64,000 nt of DNA, taken from Octopus vulgaris (lineage: Eukaryota). Both the position numbers and the translations under genes were made by a program. This document shows positions 54,768 to 64,000 of the stretch, one piece after another (the stretch's first letter is position 1; each line of letters begins with the position of its first letter). The stretch lies in NCBI GenBank assembly GCA_951406725.2, contig OX597820.1, positions 6,696,001-6,760,000 on the forward strand. The letters are read 5' to 3'. Under the pieces are notes generated by a model, which saw only the letters and a list, made by a program, of their open reading frames with translations, was not told where the DNA came from and searched no databases.

Positions 54768-56096
54768 GCAATAATGAGAATAAAAAAAATAATAATGATA
54801 AAAACGGCGAATAAAAATTATAGTCACGTAGCTCTTTTTTCATTTCAATTCTGGGTAGGGATGACGCATTAAATGTTATCCAACTATTAATCGAACAACA
54901 TTGGCAACAACTTCAAGAATACCATCAATTGGAATTTCGATAGAATAATGAATAAATATAAAGTGATTTTGATCCATAAGCGAAATAATTTGACCATGGT
55001 GTTCACCTTTAACCTTTGACCAAAGCAGGAGTTCATGAAAATTGTTAACGTTTCAGGTTAACAGAGACCTATTTCGTTTTTAACTGCCTAATATTAGTAG
55101 AAAATGTTATTTCAGAAGTCAATTCCCTAAAATTCCTTAATGTTTCAATTGTCTAAAAATTTCACTAGTCTCGGTTTTAAGTGTACCCATTTCTATAGGA
55201 ATTTTGTAGCTACCAATTCTACATTTGGTTTGTGAAACTGAATTTATTGACCACTTGTTGCAAAGAAAATGGTGTGGACGGCGGCGGAATTGCCAAACAT
55301 AAAGTGTTGCTGCTGTGAATATCAAATACTCACGCATAGAATTGATTAGAGAGGGATAGAGGAGTGTATATAGATAAACAGGATTGGAAACGATTATGTA
55401 ATGATTCCAATAGACTCACACACCGGAATGACCATAAATTTTCATTTCGTATATCAAGTAGATTTATCATGCATACAACATCGTTATTAGGGAGACTAAT
55501 AATACTGTCCGGTTAGTTTGAGAACAGGTAGAGTTAATTATATAAGAGGAAATGAAAGATCTTAAACATATATTGGCTAAAATGGAGCAAAAGAAACTAC
55601 ACGATTTCTCATTTGAGCCGTAATAGAATTGGCGACGATGAAATATACTCCAAGACATGAAAATACGTAATCGGAGTCATTTTAAGATTTTAGTGTCGAA
55701 GAAGAAAACGATAATGGTGAAATAACAAAGAGTTGTTAGGGAGAAATTTGGTTGAAGTCTGGGAAATATACTCTCAATGAAGATTTGTAGAGAAAATTCA
55801 AGGAAACAATTGTAAAAGATAAATTCTTCAGTAGTGAATTTTGTTGCTGATTCGCTGTAGAATTTTGTAGAATCTCAAATCAATAATAATTAACAAAGAG
55901 GGGGAATGGATCGATTGAGTGTCGGAAGGATACAATGTATTTTAGAGTTACAACCGTTTTGGTTATAAGTTCCGGTTTTGATAAATTTTAACAATTATAG
56001 GCTTGTGACTACCAAAGGAATGCCTGGAAGAGAAATATGTAAAACCGGAAGTTGGATATATACATACAGGCATACATGCATTCATACGTACATACA

Positions 56097-56157
<61 letters not shown>

Positions 56158-58829
56158 GTCAAATAAAAGGAGTTTGGTTACAGGAATAATGTTTCTTAGT
56201 TACAAGAGGGACAAGAAGGTGACGACATATTCTGAAAAAAATATTTTAAGTTGAATTACTGATTATCTGGCGCTCTTGCAGTCTTTTTCCATCATTTCTT
56301 TCATCTACTCTCAGTTAAAACAATGTCCTTCAAAGCTACCAGTACCTGAAATCGCTGCTTTTTAAAGGGATCCTATACTTGTGGAGGTCTAAATCCACAT
56401 TCGCAGTTACGACACAAACAGCATTAAACAATGTGAATTTGATTCCCATCAGCAGACTCTTGCTTGAAGACGAAAAAATCGATTCCAATATTAATCGACT
56501 GCATTGATCCCAATAATGGATTGACAATTTATTGTAACGATCCCGGAAACCCGAAAGAAAGTGTTTACCTCATCGAAATTTGAACTCAGAACCTATAAGA
56601 GACGTGTTTCCAAAAATCTCTTGTCGGCTACGGCTCTGATAGACCCTATAATTTTTAACTCGCATCCTTAATATATGAAATATTCTTCTTATTTTTCGTT
56701 TCCGCTCGTTGATGTGGTTGTTTTTGCTAAAATTACTGAACGCCATTTTCATATTCTTTCGTCCTGAAATAATATTTAAAAAAAAGCTATTTCCCGGCCG
56801 TGTTCAAACGTTGTAGTTTAGTGTGAAATTTTAGTTGATATTAGAAAGAAGATATTGTGTGATTTAAGGTAGACACTAAGTAGTATGGAAAAAAAATTAC
56901 TGTCATCATCACCAGTTATTCATCACTATTAATCAAAGTGCAGCAAGATAAATATGCCAATGGTGAGTCGTTGAACTGCTTTATTGAGGAACGTAGTAAG
57001 TTTGCCATCATTCAAACAGCAACCACCAAGAAAATGGTTCTCGTAAAACAAAGTAAAGCGAAACAGTATTGAACGGAAGACATAAAGCAATGAAGATTTG
57101 GCCTTTGAGAATAATTATATGAAATGTAAACGAAAACTCTTCTGTTTAGTGTCGATGTACTCAGCAATGCTTCTGGGGGGTTTTAAATAGCCACTTGAGA
57201 GTTATAAATCTAAAGATTGATCGCTTTATACAAGAGTCGTTATATTTAATTGCAGCGCTTGTTCTAGAATATTTTCTTTGTTGTCGGTGAACCCGGTGGC
57301 GTTTTCATTCCCGATTTAAAATTCCACACTCTCCACGTAAACAGGCAGCTTTTTAAGTCCACAAGCATCCATTGATGATCATTGTGATTAAGAAATTTCA
57401 TTGCAAATATAAATGTCGTTAAGTTCACGACTTTTACAGTTATAATGACCTTAGAAATATGTCCCTTTGCCGGCTCAACAGGAAATAACAGCAAGAAGAA
57501 AACAAAATGGAGTACGTTTCATGACATGAAAGAAGGCTAAATAGGATACCATTAACTAAAAACACATCTACCTATCTGTTCTGTACATAATTACGCAGAA
57601 AACAGGCGATTAATGATGGCTGCAAAACTCATAATTTCAGTCTAAAAATAAAGATGGATAAAATGTTTACTAATCGCCAATCAAAAGTCCTGTTTGAGCA
57701 TTGATGTACTGTGCTGACGGACAAATATTCCTGTTCTGGCAATAAGGTGAACACTAACCTTGTTAGTCCTACCAATAAAGCTGCAGCAATATGCACCAAA
57801 TGAACAGCAAACTGAAGATATGACTGAGAACGTCAAAATGTATCGATGATGAATGAGCAAATTACTCTTCACATTAAAAAATGAATAAATAAATAGTAAT
57901 TGTCTGGAACTCATAAGAATGTATTAAAAGATAAATCACAAATATTGTCGTGTTTTACCCACAATATCTCTAAAATAAAACTTATTCCACATACTTTACA
58001 CACTCATGTATGTATTTATATATGTATGTATGTATGTATGCATGTATTATCCATATATTGTGTTGAAAAATAAATATCTAATTTTTGATATTGAATAGTA
58101 AATATCAGTCTGAGAAGCCGACTTTAAATCTGGAAGAATTATATTGAATTTGCAGCCATCTCTCTTGAGTTTGCTATACAATCTAATTACTGTTTGTTCT
58201 TTTCCTACCTCCACTCCTTCTTTCCCTCCTTTCTCAAATTGTAAACATTACTTGCTACAAACACTCTGGTCAGTAACAATGGCAGGCAGTGCTAACAGTC
58301 TGTACTACTTGTGGGGCGCAGTGTCGGTTAAAAGATTTGCTAGAAACAGCAGCCTCATAGTCATCGATTTCTAACGACTTCAGTCTCATATACAATTAAA
58401 ATGGCCACGGCAGTGCCAGCTAGAGAGAAGTTAAGAAGGTCATATATCCACAGTACAAAGAGAAGTATAAAGAGAGATGAGTAAAAACTGAAAAGAGATT
58501 CTAAATTAGTCAAAACAGAAATCACAACGCAAACAATTTCGATTTGTCGAATAATATTTGCTAAGCTATCCTACGGTACCGTCCTTCACTTTTGACCTTA
58601 ATTATTTTAAGGCTGATACAATCCATTCCTTTCTGTTTTTTTTTTCAATTGAATATCAAAAAATATTCATTTCTTCAATGATTACTTAGAAGACAAAATA
58701 CTGTAAAATTACCGTTACCACCTTTTAATTCTAAGCGTTGAACAGACTGAGTTATTCGTTCTTGAATATGGCCGTCGGTGAAGATTCTTATTTACTTTAA
58801 AATAATTCATTCACATACATATATATGTG

Positions 58830-59033
58830 CGGCATGATAGATCGTTAGCCCCTACACACATTTTTCTCTCCTTTTCTCTCTCCTTATTTTTTCTGTGTCT
58901 CTTTCTGTAGAAGAGCGTAGGCTCGAAACGTAAAAGACTTTTTCTATTCCTGAGCGTTATACTAATACATCTGTTTGCTTTGTACACCACCTGTCTTCGT
59001 CTTTTGTTTTTTTTTTCGTGAACTCTCCCTATA
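58830..59033 (+). mobile_element. pLTR-like family P1 unit with variant hammerhead motif (58900-58937)
   Basis: TCTTT-CTGTAGA-A-GAGC-GTAG-GCTC-GAAA-CG-TA-AAAGA. Same termini as the other two copies. Confidence 0.8.
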
Positions 59034-59882
59034 AATGTGCGTGTGTGCGTATATTTGTGGATACGTTTGCGTGTATATACAGTATATTTCTATACAATAT
59101 TCTATACAATAAAAATACAACTTTACAGTTATCTGATGGGTTGTTCTATACATTTGTAGGGTACAATTTTATTATTTTGAAACAAGAATAGTGTTGACAG
59201 TAACTTCGAAGCTACGGCCAGAATCATTGAAGTTAATCTTGACTTTGTATAGTCTCCGTTGAGTTGAAATTTTTCTTGTGTATAGAGTTTTTAGTAGAGT
59301 GGTAATTATATTTGAGGGTGGGTCGTTATGGAGAGGTGTTGTGGAGAAATTTTTATTGATTAAATTTAGGGTCATGTTATACTTTATAAATTATTCATGT
59401 TTATATATATAGAGAGATAGATATATAGATTGATAGATAGATAGATAGATACACACATACATACATTCATACACACATAATTGCGTATATATATGCTATA
59501 TGCATACATATACTGCTCACAAAAGCTTTTCAAATTTTTCAATCTTGTGGATTCTTGCGGAAGTCATACAGAAGTGACATATTTTACATTATGTAAAATG
59601 ATAATATATAGATTATGGTAAACGCAGGTGGAACACATATTAAACTTTCATTCAATGGGCACTTAAACCAGTTTCCCTTTTCAAGTCAGGCTTTCAATGA
59701 GTTCACATTTTAATATTAATTACTAAGGAGATCCTTATAGCTTCTACACACAAACTCTCATTTATAATACTCCACCAACACCAACATATACCACCACCAC
59801 CACCACCGCCGTCAACTATAACATGATATCTATTCTAATTTATGAACATAATGCAATCGTATCTACTTTCTATAAGCATGTA

Positions 59883-60877
59883 CGAGGTCTGATCAATAAA
59901 TATCCGGACTGTGCCATAGCAACGAAAGTAAAAACATGCAGGGTGAAGTTGTTTGGCAAATATTGACCCCGGCCTCTGCTGTGCATGCGCACTAAGTTTT
60001 AACGTTCAAGCTCACTTCCGCTGTTTACAGCAGTGGTTGGAAGGAACGTGTGTAGCGTGTTATCGTCGTATTGACCATGGCAGAGACAGTTGTCATGGTG
60101 TCGAGCTGGCAGAACCGTTAGCACGCCGGGCGAAATGCTTAGCAGTATTTCGTCTGCCGATATGTTCTGAGATCAAATTCCACCGAGGTCGACTTTGCTT
60201 TTCATCTTTACGGGGTCGTTTAAATAAGTACCAGTTACGCACTGGGGTCGATATAATCGACTTAATTCGTTTGTCTGTCCTTCTTTGTCCCCTCTGTGTT
60301 TAGCCCCTTGTGGGCAATAAAGAAATAAGAGACAGTTGTCATGACGATACCTGCGCAGGGTCTGCGCAAAGTTGCAGAAAGTGTATGGAGGGGAGTGTAT
60401 GAGCGGCAGACAAGTGCACAAGGGGTTTGGATGTTTCAAATATCTGAAAATATGTCGATATCAGAAAATATGTCGATATTGACGAACGTCCTGGAAGACC
60501 GGCAATCAACAGAACTGAGAAGAACACGGAAGATGTGCGTGCAACCTTTATGGAAAATCGTCGAACCAGCATCCGTGGGAAATGAGAGGAAGTGCAGATT
60601 ATTTACGGTTCAGTTCAGTCCATAATCACAGATGATCTGGGTATGAGACGCGCGTATGCAAAGTTTGTGCCAAAAATTGCTTTCAGCCGACCAAAAAGAC
60701 GATCGGGTTTTAGTTGCACAGGTATGGCCAAGCTTTTGACAAAATTTGCTGCTAGAACGTTGAAACTAAGTGCGCGTGCACAGCAGATTTCAAGGTTAAT
60801 CAGTACTAAGCGGCTTCACTGCGTACTTTAACTTCGTTACTATGGCAACAGTCCGGATGCATATTGAGCAGACCACG
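59883..60877 (+). mobile_element. Internally deleted mariner transposon with ~130 bp inverted ends
   Basis: TA-CGAGGTCTGATCAATAAATATCCGGACTG.. / ..CAGTCCGGATGCATATTGAGCAGACCACG-TA. Transposase fragments DERPGRP..ENRR and GSVQSIITDDLGMRRAYAKFVPK (WVPHEL-like). Confidence 0.9.
60098..60327 (+). mobile_element. SINE family A (tail 1) nested in the mariner, 16 bp TSD
   Basis: Identical AGAGACAGTTGTCATG at 60082-60097 and 60328-60343. Confidence 0.95.
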
Positions 60878-60915
60878 TATGTATATACATGTATTTTTAC
60901 ACACATATGTGAATT

Positions 60916-60951
<36 letters not shown>

Positions 60952-61377
60952 GAATACATAGATAAGTCATGTATACAAACGTGCCTTTATATTATTATTA
61001 TTATCATTATCATTATTATTATTATTACTGTGCATTTTAGTGATTTCGGTTATAGTTTCACGGTCAGACTGGAGCACAACGTTCAATAATTTATTGACAT
61101 TTCTATTTACATGGGCCCCCATACCGTTTCATACAAACAGATCAAGTATTATTTAGGAAAGAGAAAAGAGCTGCTATTTCTAATAAGCTCTGACCAGGAG
61201 TAGATACTTCTTTGTAGGCAGAACTCTAGATAATATGCGAAGGTCTATTTTGGAGAAATGTCATTGGTTTATTGCGTTCAGTGACCTGAACATTGCAGTT
61301 ACACAGGAAAGTTTGACTTTTGTTGAATCAGATATTGGGTATCAAAATGCGGCACATGGCCAGCAATTTCATAGCAG

Positions 61378-61550
61378 AGGTAAGTTAATTACATCGACCC
61401 CCGCGCCCAGTGCTAAAACTGTAATTATATTATCGACGCCAAAAGAATGAAATGCAATTCCAATCCCAGCGGCACTCAGAGTGCGAAGTGGATGAAATGC
61501 CGCTGAGCAATTTGCCCGACGTGTTTAGCGATTCTGCCAGCTCGCCGCCT
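61378..61550 (-). mobile_element. SINE family A, diverged
   Basis: Head and core homology. Further degenerate copies near 10985-11110, 13450-13575 and 56480-56600. Confidence 0.75.
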
Positions 61551-61589
61551 TCTTTTAATTAATCATTTATTCCGATGTCTTATATGCAG

Positions 61590-62112
61590 GGATGTATTAC
61601 ATTTTGTGATCTTATAGTATATATTGTGCCGAGTTATATATTGTATTGTATAAATATATCCTGTTATATGATATAATATGAGGTATCTCATAACGTAATG
61701 TATCTTATATATTTCTTATATAATTTGTTATATATTGAGATAGATCATATTTTGTGTTATGGTTTATAACGAGTCATATATCGTAACACACTCGAGACAT
61801 GTCGATGAATAGTAGATCGTGACGTGTCACAATCTATGATGCATCATATATTGTGGTATAGAATTTATCATGATATATCATATATAGAAATGTGTCCTAA
61901 ATATAGCGATTGGTTATACACTATGATGAATCTTACATATTGTGCCGGGTTACGTATCATATACTCTGATGTATAATATGCGGCCTTGCATCATAAGTTG
62001 TGATAAGACGCTCAATTTATTGTGACTCATCGTGTGATACACTACACATTTTATGGCAGGTCATATATATTGTGGCGCATCATATATAATGTGACGTGTC
62101 ATATGATGTAAC
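61590..62112. repeat. Degenerate ~19-21 bp minisatellite
   Basis: Recurring ATATTGTG.C.(G/C)..T(C/T)ATAT-like units, e.g. near 61621, 61848, 61937 and 62067. Confidence 0.6.
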
Positions 62113-63009
62113 GAACATTCAGCCTAAATCTATTGACTGAAAATATTCATAAATCTATTGACAAATTGATTCATTCTAAAAATTCCTCCGTTTAACACTT
62201 TACTTGAACTCCTCTCCATAACCTCCCTAAATACTTTCAAACACATACAACAGTTTATTTCAATTTTTTAAATCCCATTACACAACCCCAACTACCCACA
62301 CCACCACTGTTATCCGGTAATAAAACAGAGTTTTGCATATGCCTATATATAAAAGGAGTTTCTTGATAATTCCGTTCTGCCATAACCATAATCTTTCCTG
62401 TCGTTATTCAAGTCTATCTAAGTGTTTTCTTTCTCTAGTGATATGCTTTGATTAAATGTTCCGTTCGATTTATGATATCACACCATGTAATATATTACGT
62501 TCAATCTATAATAATCATTTCATGAGGAGAACATTTTACAAAATAGAAGCGAAAGAATGAGAGGAAAAAATAGAAAATGGAAATTCCTTTTATATTCTAA
62601 ATGGCATTCGAGATGAATAATTAAACGAAGAATTTGAAGCGCGGGTCGACAAGGTACATCTCAGAAAGTGTATGCGGTGTTGTTAAAGGCATCAACGTCA
62701 AACTGCTAACATCGAGTTCAGCAGGGGATGAGAGAGAAATTTCTATACACAACTGAAGGAACAGCAGAACAGGGGTAAGAGACGGAGAGGGGAAAAAATA
62801 GCAGAAGAAAAGACACATACAGGCACTTGCACACGCATTTTCACACCTGAACGGAATGTGTGTATTTTATATCTGTACGAATACGTAGGTATACACACAC
62901 ATATATTTGTGTATGTGCTCGTCTACGGATATGAAGTGTATAATATATTTCTATTCATAGACACAAAGAAATATATACATGTGTCACTATATATAACAGT
63001 TTATGTTTG

Positions 63010-63102
<93 letters not shown>

Positions 63103-63428
63103 GTGTGTGTGTATGTGTGTTTGTGGATATGTGATTTTATATAGACCAAAAAGATATAAAGATAAAGAGTTAGATATATTTGTGTATACTACATATCCAT
63201 GTGTGCAACCGTATATTTGACAATAAGTGTGTGTGCGTTTTGTATATAGGAAAGAATAATTTCAATAAGTGTTGGTAGACAAAACGTACAACTTATCTCT
63301 TGCGGTATATTGTTAAAAATAGATGAGATCTGATGTAAAATCATATTAAAGGGGGACAAACAGAGAGAGATAAAGAATGTGTTTGGATGCAAGTGGGATT
63401 TATATCGTGCATACATTTATATTTATAC

Positions 63429-63495
<67 letters not shown>

Positions 63496-63747
63496 TTGTA
63501 TGTATGGTAAACGGACGAATGGATTTTGCGGTATATCTACAAGTGTTTCATTAAGAGAATATATTGTGACGTAAAGTTTAACAAGAAGCCTACTAGAGAC
63601 TTGCAAAATTCATAAGACTATCTATATGCATAAACATAACCGTGCTTATATCGTGTGTGTGTGTGTGTGTGTGTACATCTATGTTTGTATGCATGTATAT
63701 ATATATATATACATATATATATAAACGCATGTATATTTATACATATT

Positions 63748-63854
<107 letters not shown>

Positions 63855-64000
63855 CTGCTTGTATTGATAATCTGGTGTATGTCTTTAGTATTTATGTATG
63901 TAGTGTATACCATAAGTGAATTTAGACGTGTCTTCGTCAACAATCGTCTCATGAATGAATCTTAAATTTCAAGTATGGCTATGAGTGGAACTTGACGTCT

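Overview
AT-rich, microsatellite-saturated eukaryotic non-coding DNA (intergenic or a large intron). The SINE repertoire and the (TA)n/(AAT)n/(TAGA)n load match what I remember of octopus genomes; this is recognition from memory, not a search. I find no credible host protein-coding exon, and nearly all ORFs in the track are microsatellite translations. The window is a mosaic of decayed mobile elements: RTE, CR1-like and R4/Dong-like LINE fragments, Penelope-like element (PLE) remnants, at least four tRNA-headed SINE families, mariner derivatives and a probable non-autonomous Helitron. The most interesting layer is small structured-RNA elements. (1) Several ~200-270 bp PLE-pLTR-like units carry minimal type I hammerhead ribozyme motifs; one sits behind a tRNA-like Pol III head, and one family has a conserved non-canonical core. 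(2) A 476 bp TSD-flanked RTE derivative has a head-to-head duplicated 5' UTR. (3) A series of fold-back palindromes sits next to (TA)n tracts. All ribozyme calls come from manual motif and pairing inspection and are untested.
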